Positions 1 through 12,683 of a stretch of 64,000 bases of DNA are shown in pieces. The notes under the pieces were generated by a model that saw only the letters and a program-made list of their open reading frames with translations, searched no databases and had not been told where the DNA came from. Source of the DNA: Macrostomum lignano (lineage: Eukaryota); the NCBI GenBank assembly GCA_002269645.1, contig NIVC01001462.1, positions 222,036 through 286,035 of the forward strand, written 5' to 3'. The position numbers and the translations under genes were made by a program. Position 1 is the first letter of the stretch, and every line of letters begins with the position of its first letter.

Positions 1-45
1 GTAAATGCTAAACACTGATGCCATAAACCTTTGCAACCCAATTAG

Positions 46-3000
46 CTAATCGAATCGGAAATTAGCAACGGAAAATTACACAACCTGACGCGCGCAATCG
101 AGGCTGGCGAGGGTCTCAAGCAGAAATCGAACTGTCCTCCCTATGTCGCTGCACATGTCAAAGAGGTCGATGGTCTGTGGTGCTCGCTGGACTACAAGTT
201 AGCCGGAGTGCAGAAGGAGGTTAAGGATTCGATTAGAAAGCGGCTCGAAGTGCGACAGCAACTGCAGGAAGCCGACACCAGGCTGAAAGGTTTGGAGACG
301 CTTTTAAATGATCCGTCTCGGCAGAAAAAAAGTTCTTCTAAATGAGCAAGTTCAACAGGTTAATGAGCTTAGCCTTAAGGTAAGCTGAATCAGAGAGAAT
401 CAGATAAAATAATTTATTTTCAAGAATTAGAAAGCCTTGTTCTTCTAGCTTTTGTTCTAACTTTCGTGCTGTAACCATCAAGCATTCCTCCAAAATCGAA
501 TTTTGCACATTTTTCAAGGCATTCAGCTTCTAATTGTTATATTTTTAGACAATAAAAGAAGATGGTCATAAATTGAAGACAACACTAGAGCAACTAAACC
601 GAAGCGCGTCAATGCAGAGGTATGGCATCAGAGAACAACATGACTCATTATTAAATCGTTGTCAAACGCTTCAGAAAACGGTTCAGGTAAGTTTAAACAA
701 TTTTAATCTGTGAGGGGTGTCCCAGAAGTAGTGTCACTTTTGCTTGTAAAGCTTATTCTAATGGAACACTTAACTGGGAAACACATGATAAAGCGGCACA
801 GTCTAGCTAAATTTTGACGTTGAAATTTGGAAAAAATTACACACTTTCTAGTTGTGACAGAAAGTAAAAATGAATCTACTTCTGGGAAACCTAGTGGCGT
901 TGCAGCTAGGACGACAGGGGGGGGGGGGGGTACGATCCCTCCAAGAAAAATCTATGGGGGGCTACCAATGCTTTGCCTTCCACCCTATCTAGTGACCAAG
1001 AGGACCAAAAAGATGGAAATAAAAAAATTTGCTACAAGGCGTCATAATGAGTGCCTGCGGTGGCTAAATGACAACAATGGTGCAACACTGATTCCCAAAA
1101 TAATACAGGAATTTAGTCATGCAAAAATCTTGGCTTTGTCCCCCCACCATATAATCCATAACGACGCCCCAGGGGAAACCCCGTAGTTGCAGAAGCAACA
1201 ATAGTGATTCCAATCAATTGCAGACATTGCTTGACGAGCTCTCCACCTCGGTGAAAGAGCAGCAGACTTGGACTGCTTCCGTTGAAAAGTTCAAACGGGA
1301 TGTCCAAGAATGGATGAAGCTTTGCAGTGACTGCACGGTTCAAGAGAACGACGCAACTGAACATTCGGGAAACTGGCAGAGCCTAGCAGAACAGCTGGCC
1401 AAAACGGGCGAAGAGATGCAAGTAAACTTTGATGCAATGCAACAGAAGTACCTAAGACTTGCAGACAGTCACCACAGCAGTCTTGATCTTCATGAACAAA
1501 TGCACGAAATAAATCGTTCTTTTTGTAAAGCTAAGGACGGTGCAGCTGCATCTCTGGTAAGTGATTAGAGTAATCAAGAGAACTACAGAGAGAATTTTGC
1601 AGCTAAATTATTTGTTTTAATTTCAGGATGCGCTGCAAAATCGAATTCAGTTGGCCGAGTTTGTTAACCAGTTCGACCATCTGGTGTCGGCTGCCTCAGA
1701 CTGGGCAAATTCCATTGACGCTTTGTTGGCTGAAATCGAAAATAAAATGCTGGTAGAGCCAGTAGCCCAAGAGGAGATGCAGGTATGTAAAATCTAAACA
1801 ACATTTGCATACGAAGTTTTTAAATTCAATAATTTAAAAATGTCACTTTTTAGTTAATTGACGACAGCTTTCCGGAGGGTGACAGCAAGTTTTACCAAGC
1901 AGTAGAAGCTGGTACCGCTCTGATGAACAAGCAGTTCTGTCCTGCTAGGGTTGGACATCAGCTTGCAGATTTGGAGGTGCAATTTCTCCAGTTAGAACAA
2001 CACAAGCAGCAAGTTAAGATCAGCGTTTACAATTTACAAAAGGCAGAAGTTCTGAAAGATGAAATTAATAGATTGGATCGGGAGTTGATGACTGCTGAGG
2101 CCAAGCTCAAGCGCTGCTGTGATCGACAAGACGCTGAGCTCGCTTGTAGAAAGCAGCAGAGAGCAGAGCTGGAAGTATGAGCTGTTTTATTAATTGCTTT
2201 TAATATACAGTGCAAAGAGTTTTGTTTAAATAATCACACTAAAGCGAGTTGTTTTCAATTTGCTAGACAATACTGAGCGAGATCCAAGTCATGAAGAATA
2301 GATTCACAATTCTCTGCTTGGATTCTGACATTGCGTGCGCCAAGCATGACGAGTATCGCATCAATTCCTGCAGAGAATGGTATTATGAATTGGAAGACAC
2401 AGCTCAGGTAATTATAACTTCTCTGCAAATATTTTTGTTTAACTACGTTTTTTAATTGTCTGGGTTTCTACTTTCAGAAACATTTAGAGAAACTGAGCCA
2501 ATCGATTGAGCATCATGAAAAGTTTGAGAAGAAACTGAGAGAGATGCGCAAAAAAGTTTGCGATATAAATAGAAAATTTGAGCAAACGAATGCTGCCAGA
2601 AACTTACTCCAGTCACTTTCCTATGTGGATCTTCAAAAACAATTGGAGCTTTTGAGATCCTACCACTCTGATGTCGACAGTTGTTCATCAGAAAGTTCTC
2701 TGGGCAGTTTACTGAGGAATGTAATTGACACCATGATTGACAAAAGACACTCTGAGCCACGCAGAACTGTTGAGGCTCAGTATGAGTCATTCAAGAATGA
2801 GATTGACAGTCTGAAGTCTTCGATAACAGTGGCAGAGGTTAGTTTTTGCATCTTTATATTGCTATACTTCGTACTTTTCTATCACGCGAATACGAGCTAA
2901 ACTCTCACAAGTTGTTTTTCAATAATGTTTTGAATTACGCTTGTAGAAAACTGTCACAGAAAAGCTGATACTTTCTGTTCAAGCGAAAAAGCAACAGTTT

Positions 3001-4807
3001 GATAAAGAATTTTTGCATTGCTCAAACTGGATTTCCGGAAAGTCCGAATCCTTGCCTCGAATTCAATCAGCAATCTCGGACTCCGAAGACCTGAGCCTCA
3101 TTGATCAGCAGGTGAAATGCCTGGCTGACCTGTGCTGCGAAATCGATCAGTGGCAGAGCACTGTAGAAAATGTAAAGCAACTGGGCAGGGATCTCACGGA
3201 GCAGTCGGGCCAGCTAGATGCCAGGCCAGTGAGCCAACAGAATGTCCAGGAATTGGTGACGTCGTTAGCCATCCGGTACGACTATTTGAAAGCAGACGCG
3301 GCTCAAAATCTGGTGAGACACTTTTTAGTTCTTTTAAAGCTGTGACACTTTCGGGAATGTAATAAGCACCAGTAAAAACAGGTTGCGTTATTATTTAAAC
3401 AAACAAAAAGATGCATAAAAGCAGTTCGAAAGTTGCAATGATAGGCGGTAGAAAGCATAGTTGTTGCATCTACACGTGTAAGTGCACTTGGAAAGTAAAA
3501 GTGCATTTTTGGTGCTTTTGTTTAGTTGTGCTGTATTTAAACTGAAATTTAACTTATGTATTTTTACATAGGCGTCACTCGCTATACTTGTTTAAATCCT
3601 TTTTCATTTATCAGGCAGACGGGAAGCAACATTTCAGCCAGAAATATGCCACTGCCTGCAGAGATTTTGAAAGACGAAGGCGGCACATCTGTGAATGGAT
3701 AGAAGGCACGCTATCGAAAATCGGCGATCTCAGTTATCAGTTTGAGGACAGGCGCCTCGATGTGAGTATTGGATTGAGTAGCTGTAATGACCCCAAAAAA
3801 CTTTAACAACCATTTGGCAACTCAGTTTAATGTAAATGTATTAAATCCGCGTAAATTCAAGGCAATCGAGAACAGCATGGCAGAAGATGGAGAGCGGTGG
3901 TTGAACTCAGCCCTGAAAGCTGGCACCAGAATTCCCGCCAGGCTGCAATCCACTTCGGGAGTCGAACCTCACCCGGAAATCCAAAGACAGTTAGAAGAGC
4001 TCATGGACCATTGGGACGTGCTTAACTCTGCTGTTAACCAGGTGTGATTGACTTTACTACAGTACTTGTGTTTGTATAACTGAGCTGGCTATAGCCATAG
4101 GCCTACAATTACATACAGTAATATAGGCTTAATCTTCCGCATGATCACAACCTTTTCGCTTCCACTGATGCAATCCCTTTGCTAAACCATTCTGTGTACA
4201 GGTCAGAGCAAATGCTCAGGCTGAGCAGCCTAGTCAACAAAGCGACACTGCGATGAGTCGAAAATTTCTACAATGCGCACATGTGCCCGACCGGGAACTT
4301 CGTAAAAAGTTACAATCTGGATTAAGCATGCACATTTTAAGCATCGAAGAAATAAGGAATCCTGTTTTAGACCGACGCTTTAATGATGTTCGAAGCCAAT
4401 TATTTGATAGCAACTGCCAGCCAAAGCTGCTCTTTCATGGAACAAAAGAAGAAAATGCAGAATGCATTATCAGAGAGGGTTTCAGATTTGGACATCGGGG
4501 CAAGTTTGGGGTGGGAATCTACTTTGCCACCAATTTGGCGAGCTCAGCCCGGCACTCTGAGGACGCGATAAAGTGCCTGCTAGTATGCGAAGTCCTGGTG
4601 GGCTTGAAGTGGACTTGCAACGATATTAATGACGAAATTGATTTGAGCATGGTTCAGGGCCGGGGCTTCGATTCTGTTTACTCGCGGTTGGAATTCCTCA
4701 ACACCGCTGGAGGCGGCGCTGATGACGAAGACAAGGATGAGTACGTGATCTACAGGACTGAGCAGGCTACACCCCGGTATCTGGTAAAACTACTGCTTGA
4801 TACTTAA
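46..4807 (+). CDS. Spectrin-repeat rod protein with C-terminal PARP (ADP-ribosyltransferase) catalytic domain; 5'-partial
   Basis: Exons 46-358, 549-686, 1224-1556, 1627-1782, 1854-2174, 2267-2407, 2478-2837, 2947-3312, 3615-3761, 3862-4041 and 4202-4807, all joined at GT/AG in phase 0. The first exon needs one base removed from an A7 run at 325-331. Helical repeats show the spectrin-like W and G-x-x-L pattern (CSNWI...KQLGRDL). The last exon has LLFHGT, GIYFAT and DEYVIY (H-Y-E triad). Confidence 0.8.
892..1172 (-). mobile_element. hAT-type MITE in intron
   Basis: Termini TAGTGGCG...CGCCCCAG with a perfect 8-bp TSD GGGAAACC (884-891 and 1173-1180). One end matches the element at 56576. Confidence 0.8.
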
Positions 4808-5147
4808 ATGTAAAGTCTGAATTTACTTATTCAATTATTTTAGTTGATTTTCAATTGTAACTGATTAAGATCATTTGACACTGTCTAAGACTAAAACAAA
4901 CTGTTATTAAAACAAATATTTCCTTCAACGTTAAAAAGTTTGAATAACTTGTTGCACACCTGTAGTAAGGAGAAACTCCAAAACATTTTTGCATGCTTTA
5001 CAACTTAAAATATTCTAATTAAGAACTCTTCAAGGCAATGATTTGATTTTTATTCAATTCTTTTCTGTCTTTCATACGCTCGTAAGCTGATTGTATCGTC
5101 CTAGGAGACAAGGGGGTATAGGAGCGTCCAAACCAAGAGACAGGGAA

Positions 5148-5474
5148 ACAGGGGCGCTCACCCACAGAGAGGGGCGCCTGTATCAAGACACAGGGGCGCT
5201 CACCCACAGAGAGGGGCGCCTGTACCAAGACACAGGGGCGCTCACCCACAGAGAGGGGCGCCTGTATCAAGACACAGGGGCGCTCACCCACAGAGAGGGG
5301 CGCCTGTATCAAGACACAGGGGCGCTCACCCACAGAGAGGGGCGCCTGTATCAAGACACACGGACGCTTAGCAAGAGAAAGGGCGCCCACTGCGAAAACA
5401 AATATCGGTGCCTTTTTTGGAGGGTTAGTGAGGTAAGTGGCCCCCTCCAATTAATATTCCTGCGTACGCCACTG
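5148..5474 (-). repeat. 42-bp tandem array (~5 copies) ending in a hAT-like terminus
   Basis: Unit ACAGGGGCGCTCACCCACAGAGAGGGGCGCCTGTATCAAGAC; CGTACGCCACTG terminus at 5463-5474. The second TIR and TSD were not found. Confidence 0.7.
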
Positions 5475-6109
5475 CTTTCTTGACAAAGGTATTCTATATA
5501 CTGCGGTGCGTAAAATAAAGTCTAAAAAAATCTGTCAATAATTTTTGCAAGCAAATGCTTTATAAATATATATTTGTTTTTTTTAAGTACTTTCACTTAC
5601 AATTACATTGTATATAGTCGAAGACCCGTCATAATAATAGTATAGTAATGGTTTTAGTAGGTCACATTAAAGAGCACAGCGCCACAGGACGTTCCTTAAT
5701 TACGTCATTCGTGTAGAGATTGCTAGCTAATAGAAGTTAGGTACATTTACACGATGTAGTGCACTTACAGTAGTAAGAGAAAGTTTTATGCAGCATAAGC
5801 ACGAAGCAAAATTAACTTACACTCAGTATCAAATGACAACAAGTGCAATTTGGTAGACCAGTTTTCTGACCAATAATTGTTACATTTAAATAGTTGCTAA
5901 GAAGTAAAGAGATGGAAATCGCGGATTTTTTCTCGGCAGTTAAAAATCTTTTTGTGACGGTGTGGGCTAGGGATATAGTTTGTTCATCAACCTCAAAAGC
6001 CGAAGGTTGTTATGGATAGTAAGCTCCCTGGTTGGTAGTACTTCATCATGTGACCCAATGCGTTAGCGCATTATTAATAAACCAACTTAGCGCGAACGTC
6101 TAAGTGGAG

Positions 6110-6335
6110 CAGGGGTCTACAAACTCCGGCCAGAGGGCCCTATGCGGCCTGCAACCCTCAACTCTATCCGGCCTCGGGTCCTTTGAAATTTCACAATAGC
6201 AGTTCGGCCTGCTCACGGTTTGCGTCTCTTCTCAGCTCTCTAGTCGAGTCTGAAGTCTCTTTTCTCTCCTCTCCTCTGACCCGCAGTCATGAGCTAGGTT
6301 CTCTATCTAGCCTTTCAGGTGTTTGCCAACCCCTG
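6110..6335. mobile_element. hAT/Charlie-like MITE
   Basis: TIRs CAGGGGTCTACAAAC / GTTTGCCAACCCCTG. The right flank GTCTAGAG is a typical Charlie target; the left TSD is degenerate. Confidence 0.55.
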
Positions 6336-6510
6336 GTCTAGAGCATACAAAGTGCAATAGTTTTTTAACTTGGAATGAGCTGATAGCTACACTGTTTGTA
6401 TTAAAGAGATGGAACTCGCTAAAACAGTAGCTGTAGCCGTTATAGCTGAATTGTTGAAGACAAATGCTTTTTAGAATTTGCTCTGGTTACATCTAGCAGA
6501 TGTTCTTAGC

Positions 6511-6890
6511 CAGGGGTGGATTTAGGAGAAGGGGCGGGGGCGAAACAGCTTGATAGAACATAATGCGCCCCCTCAAAACATAAGTTTGCGCCATTTAAAC
6601 TTGATTTTTCGCCCCCTTCACGCATTTTTTGCGCCCCTAAGCTTGATTCCCCCCCTACACGCATTTTTTTCGACCCTAAGCTTGATTCCCCCCCTACACG
6701 CATTTTTTGCGCCCCTAAGCTTGATTCCCCCCCCCCCTACACGCATTTTTTGCGACTCTAAGCTTGATTCCCCCCCCCTACACGCATTTTTTGCGACCCT
6801 AAGCTTGATCCCCCCCCCCTACACGCATTTTTTGCGCCCCAAGCTTAAAATTGGCGCCCCTCATGTTGCAATACTTATGTTGGCGCCCCA
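6511..6890 (+). repeat. ~39-bp tandem array inside a truncated CAGGGG-terminated element
   Basis: CAGGGGTGGATTTAGG start, then repeats of CACGCATTTTTTGCGCCCCTAAGCTTGATTCCCCCCTA at ~6620-6845. Confidence 0.65.
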
Positions 6891-7313
6891 ATAAATTGAT
6901 AACATGCAACTCGCAAAGCGCTCACAATTAAACAAGCAAATGAATAAAGAACAGAAAAACGTGATAACACTCTGGATCTGAAAAAAACGCATTAATGCAC
7001 CTTTTTCAAGCTATAGATTTTGTGTACTGGGAAACGGCATTAAAACATTAAACCATAGACAGAACCCTAATTCCTAAACCCTAACGTCGATCATCGGCAG
7101 TCAATTTGTGACAGTCGAATTGCGGCAGTCAATTTGTCACTCTCACTGTGCAGAAATAGTATGCCCTGGTTTAGAAAGATAACTTGCATTTCTGACTTTT
7201 GGAATTTAGATTAAAAAGTGCCAAAAAACCTCGACAAGAAAGCGGTAAAAACGCAAACTGAAAAAAACATCTGTCACATGGAAATGTGGACGCGAAAAAT
7301 TTCAGTGCAAATT

Positions 7314-10300
7314 TCACGTGAACTTAACCAGGTACCTCGGTGTGGCCTGCTCTGGCCGGTACACTATGTACTCATCATTGACGACTCCTCCAGTGTTCTT
7401 GGTATTTCTTTTAGCAAACACAGAATCGTAGCCGGCAGCTCGAATCGAATCCAAGGTCAGGTCATGCCTGGGTGCTTTGCACAGCATTGTCTTGCCAAGA
7501 ACAACCTCGCACAATAGCAGAGTCTTCACTCCGCTCTCCCTACAGTACTGGGCGCTCTTTGTAGTGTCGGTGGCAAAATAGATACCAGCACCAAACATGC
7601 CTTTAGATCCGATGCGAAATCCATCCTTGATAATGCTCTCAGCGCTACTGCCGGAAGTTCCGTGAATGAGCAGTTCTGGGGAGCAATTTTTTTTAAATAG
7701 TTCATTATACACATTGTACAGACGCCCATCCAGAGTTGGATTAACAATCCTTTCAATGCTTTTCACTTGGACACTGATTTTGTGCTCCGGTTTTATGTAG
7801 CGCATTACTCTATCGTGGATTTTAACGTATTCCAAAGCGGTCTCTTCGCTGTCTTCGTTTAGTATCGTACGCTCGGTGCCGCCTCTGCCGTCCCGACTGC
7901 CGTCAGCCAGCCGCTCCGTGTGAATCTGGGACGCCAGTGACCAGCACTTGGAGCAAAATCGATTGTTCATTCGCCGACAGGAAGTTCGCCAGTCAAGCTC
8001 TTCAGTGTGGCCGCAGTCAAAACGTCTTTTGCACTTCTCCTGCAAGAAATGGAAGGAAAAGTTAGCAAATTTTCTTAAAGAATAAAAGATGAAAAACGTA
8101 AATGAGCATACCCGAATCTGCTTCGCGATCTCTTTGAGCACACCGTAGCTGTGCTTAAGCTGATCCACCTGCTGTTTGATCTCGTAACGGTTTCTGGGAT
8201 TTAGCTTCATAATTTGTTGAGCCAATCGACCGACTTCGTCAACTCTAGTTTTGAGTCTATCAGTCTCGGAGCATAAATCGTTTAGTCGTTTATCTTGTTG
8301 CTCCAGCAACTGACTTTGCTGCTGTTGCATCCGCTGCTCCTGTTGTTGCATGGATGGAGACGGTGCAAACATCTGAAACAGGCCTGCTCTTTTTGGATTA
8401 AAAGGCTGACTCGATTTTTCCGCATCCTGCGCTGAAGCTTCGTTCAAGATAGCAGTCATGGTCTGTTCTATCTGAGTTGTACACTGCCGCAGTCGTGTGG
8501 AAAACTGTTCGCGCATTTGGGCGGCCTCGCCGAAATCCGGTGGGGTGGCCGCTTCCTCTTCGTAAAGAGTTGGCGGCTGTCGTTGCTGCTGCCTATCCGC
8601 ATGTTGCTTTCTACGAAAATTTTGATGGCGTCGATCGCGAAATGAGCCGGATCGGTGAAACTGTTGATGGAAATCTGTGTCTTCTTTAACTATAGCCTCG
8701 GCACCTTGAGAGCCAACGCGTCCATCTGAAAGTTGCTGAGGCCCTTGCCGGTTCATTACAGCCTCAGCTTGAGCCGGCAGAGACTGCATGAAACTTGTCT
8801 GAAATAAACAGTACAAAAGGAATTCTCGATGTATAATTTAGGACACAAATATTACTGAATAGAACTCATTGAAGACTCATTTTTATCCTTACCTGTGCCG
8901 GTGTGACAGCTTCTGAGGTTGTCTTCCAGTTGTCCGAACGATGGCTGGAGTCGCCGGTATGCGACAGCTGGAAGGGCGATAGTTTTCTCAAAATGTAGCA
9001 TCTACATTGATCATTATAAGATATTTTTAAGCATCAATCATCAACTTGTTGATAAACTTTGAACGTGTGTCAGAGCACTTGTAAAGTAATTTTAAAGCGA
9101 TTAAAGCAGCTTTACTAGTACTTTGATTGATCGATCGAAAAGCCCTCACCTGCAGATGCAGATGCTCAATCGCTTCTTTCAGTCCGGCATAGCTCTCTTT
9201 TAGGTGTCGCACCTGCTGATCTATCTCACCGCACAGCTCAACGTTACCAGAATTGCCCTTGACAAGTTGCCGTCCAAGCCAAGAAACGGTGCTCACGTTG
9301 CTCCACCGTTCTTCCACTTCGCGGCTCACGCTTGGCAGACGGACACTCGAGTCGCCACTGAGATCGGCTGCATCGGAAATGCTTAGCACTGTCTTCATGG
9401 TGGCCTCGATCCAGGCGCGACACTCTTCCAGACTCTCGTGGTAGGAAGGTTGAGGACGCCTGCATGGGGTTTTTGAGCAGGTTTTTAAAGTTCTTTGCTT
9501 GATGTCATTAAAGTTACAGGTATTCCATTTTGTTAAGGCAGTCGTTATTTTTCCGGTGACCGGACGAATGGCCTTTTTACTATTTGTCCGGTCAAATTGC
9601 TAACTGATGAATATTCTAGATTTTTAAGACTTTTTCACGTATACTGATTAATATTTTGTTGTATACTAGTAGACACTAGTGTACATGTATAAGAAAAGCA
9701 GTGTATTCAATTCGGCATAATTTGGTGTATAAGACAAACATTAGTATAACAACATAATAATCAAGATACGAGTAAGAAGTCTTTGAAGTCTAGGATCACC
9801 CTTGTAGTTTCTATAAAATAGATATTTTAGCATTATCAATTTAACCGGTCAAATAATAAAAAGCCTATTTGTCCGGTATTAACCAGATGAACGGGAAAGC
9901 AATGGCCATTATCCAGTAACCGGACAAATAACCACATCGCTATTCGTCCGGTCACCGGACATATAACAACTGCCTTTTGTTAAATTTACGCCTACACTTT
10001 TTAGCTTTAGCTTGGTCAACGTAGTTACCAAAAAATTGTTTACCATCGCAATAATGTCAGTTTCACGAGTGACTACAATCTAAACTGATTTTAGAAAGGA
10101 ATTTTCCTACATCTATAAATGGCAACTGTTGATGACAATTGACAGCTGGATTTCTGACGCAAAAAAACAGCAACAGAGGCACTCACTAGCTACTGATTAG
10201 TAACAAATATGAATGCAAGCCAAGCGACAGCATCACAATGCAACAATATCTTACCTTTGAGCACCATAACCCCTGCTGCGACTGCCGCGCATTGATTGGC

Positions 10301-12683
10301 TACGAACAAAGTTTCCCATGGAGGAAGTCGGCCCTGCCGTCTTGACAGGGTAATTCTGCTAGAATGAATGAAATCACATGAATATAATAATACAAATAAT
10401 ATTGGATTACACCCACCTTAATGGACCGCAGCTATTGCGCGTTGCATCTGAAGGCTCATACGGCTGTTCAGTCCAAGGACTGGCGGGTCGCCACACACAC
10501 CCTCAATTACCCCAGCTAATGCTGGCACCCATTTTACAGCTGGGTGAACTGAAGCAATGAAGATTTAGTGTCTTGCTCAAGGGCACAAATTGTTCCAGTG
10601 GGACCAGAATCGAACTGCCGACCTTCCAAGTCGTGAGTCCGACGCTCTAACCACTAGGCTACAACCCCAATGTCATAAAGGTTTAATGATAGTTGTGAGC
10701 ACACTGAGCACGATTGATCTGCACCTTGGACTAGACTTTGAAACTACTTTGAAACATGAAACAGCTCTCATACTCGTAAGTGTACATGTACTCGTAGCTC
10801 GTAGTGTGATCAAAAGACATCACCCAGAATCACTTTAAATGTGCAGTACAATTGAAAAAGGTTCAATCACCAAAGCAATTTGCTGGAGTCTTGACAGGTC
10901 CAACTGCTACTGGATGCATTTGAGACAAGCACTTAATTGTTAAGGTTGCAGCAAATGCAGCAGAAGTTGAGCGAATAGTTTCAGTTAGTTGTAAGCTTTC
11001 GATTATCAGTAGAGCTCTGAAAAGCGACCGATAAACATTGAAAATTGTTGGTAGAGACGCTGAATTCCAGCGGTACGCAACAGCCTGCAGATGGTTGAGA
11101 GAAGGCAAGAGTTTTCCGAATGGCCTACCATTCTTGATCCAGTGGTTCATCGAATTTATCTGGATGAGACTGGACTCAAGATTCGGACTCGAAGAAAACG
11201 ATCAATAACTGCTTTAATGGTGCAGTCTACTCGACGTTAATGGACTGAATTTCCAACAACAGGCGCCCATCATTATATGGATGGTACGCGGTTACAAAAT
11301 GGAGCTCGGATTCCGGAATTACATCAAGGCGGATTCAGCTCATCCAAATACTATCATATTCTACGATTATGAATTTATGAGAGGTAATTACCCGGTGTTG
11401 GTACAGTGACAATAGCTCAAATTAATTGCATTACACAGCTGTAACTCGTGGTTGGGTTACATAGCCGCTATGGACAAATTAAGTGCTACTGTGCCACCAT
11501 ATCTTGCTACCATAGACAAAAACTCCATCACTTTAGCAAACAGACCTTGGATTAAATTCAATGTGTGCTACCCATTGGGCTGCAAAAAGCTATACCTGCG
11601 CCACTTGGTATATATTTCATAAAGGTGTTAAAGTTGCCTGCAGATTTCTAATCAAAAGTAAAAACATTAAGAAAAAGCACTTACATCTAAATGCAGCTGC
11701 TGAGCTTGACTTTGAGACTGACCCGTTCGAGTTACAGGTGCAGCTCGAACAGTTGTAGGGGCTGGCTGAGATGTGGCAAGCTGAACTACAGGTGCAGCTT
11801 CAGCAGTTGTAGGAGCTGGCTGAGGTGTGGCAAGCTGAACTACAGGTGCAGCTTGAACAGTTGTAGGGGCTGGCTGAGTTGTGGCAAGCTGAACTACAGG
11901 TGCAGCTTGAACAGTTGTAGGGGCTGGCTGAGTTGTGGCAAGCTGAACTACAGGTGCAGCTTGAACAGTTGTAGGGGCTGGCTGAGGTGTGGCAAGCTGA
12001 ACTACAGGTGCAGCTTGAACAGTTGTAGGGGCTGGCTGAGATGTGGCAAGCTGAACTACAGGTGCAGCTTGAACAGTTGTAGGGGCTGGCTGAGATGTGG
12101 CAAGCTGAACTACAGGTGCAGCTTGAACAGTTGTAGGGGCTGGCTGAGATGTGGCAAGCTGAACTACAGGTGCAGCTTGAACAGTTGTAGGGGCTGGCTG
12201 AGATGTGGCAAGTTGAACTACAGGTGCAGCTTCAGCAGTTGGAGCTGGCTGAGGTGTGGCAAGCTGAACTACAGGTGCAGCTCCAGAAGTTTGATTCGCA
12301 GGTGCCGACTGATATTGAGCATCTAACGGAGCAGCCTGGACAACACATTTCGCACTTTCTGAGGATTCTTGCTTGGGTAAAGTCGTGGTTTCTGCAGAGC
12401 AGTCAGCAGAAAATAGTTGAAAGCCACTCGATTCACCGCATTCGGAGCAAAACTTGCTGTCCAGTTCATCGGCTTCCTCTTCACATGAGATACAGCTCTT
12501 CTTCCACAAATCAATTTGGTGTAGGCATGGCGACGCAGAAAGCAAACATTTCGAGCAATAGTATTTAAAAAACTCTTTTTGTCCGCATCGTGCACAAAAC
12601 TTAGCGTGCAACTTCTTAAGTATTGTATTGCACTTCAAACATTTTTTATACAAATTAGTTGACAGATTATTACAACTGTTCAT
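7314..12683 (-). CDS. Zinc-ribbon / PTQ-repeat / spectrin-like / PARP catalytic domain protein (~965 aa)
   Basis: Exons 12683-11685, 10355-10255, 9459-9150, 8967-8893, 8798-8112 and 8039-7314, with GT/AG sites and compatible phases (0,2,0,0,0). N-terminal CxxC...KFCxxCG motifs. C-terminal LIHGT, GMFGAGIYFATDTTKSAQY and NDEYIVY...QATPRYL (tankyrase-like H-Y-E catalytic domain). The link from the first exon is inferred from phase only; the PARP part is firm. Confidence 0.75.
9537..9974. mobile_element. MULE (Mutator-like) MITE in intron
   Basis: ~35-bp TIRs GGCAGTCGTTATTTTTCCGGTGACCGGACGAAT; perfect 9-bp TSD TTTTGTTAA (9528-9536 and 9975-9983). Confidence 0.85.
10425..10670 (-). mobile_element. 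tRNA-derived SINE
   Basis: A/B-box head (TAGCCTAGTGGTTAGAGC...GTTCGATTC), central CCTTGAGCAAGACAC...CTGTAAAATGGG domain; second copy at 25490-25725. Confidence 0.8.
11735..12290 (-). repeat. Coding 54-bp minisatellite (~10 copies, AAPVVQLATSQPAPTTVQ)
   Basis: Seen directly in the DNA and in ORF 11667-12758. Confidence 0.9.

Noticed and set aside
827-1186. 119-aa ORF
   Set aside because: It spans a MITE inside an intron and starts at TTG.
10860-11400. Possible extra exon or DDE transposase remnant (IYLDETG)
   Set aside because: All six frames are broken by stops and no second motif supports it.
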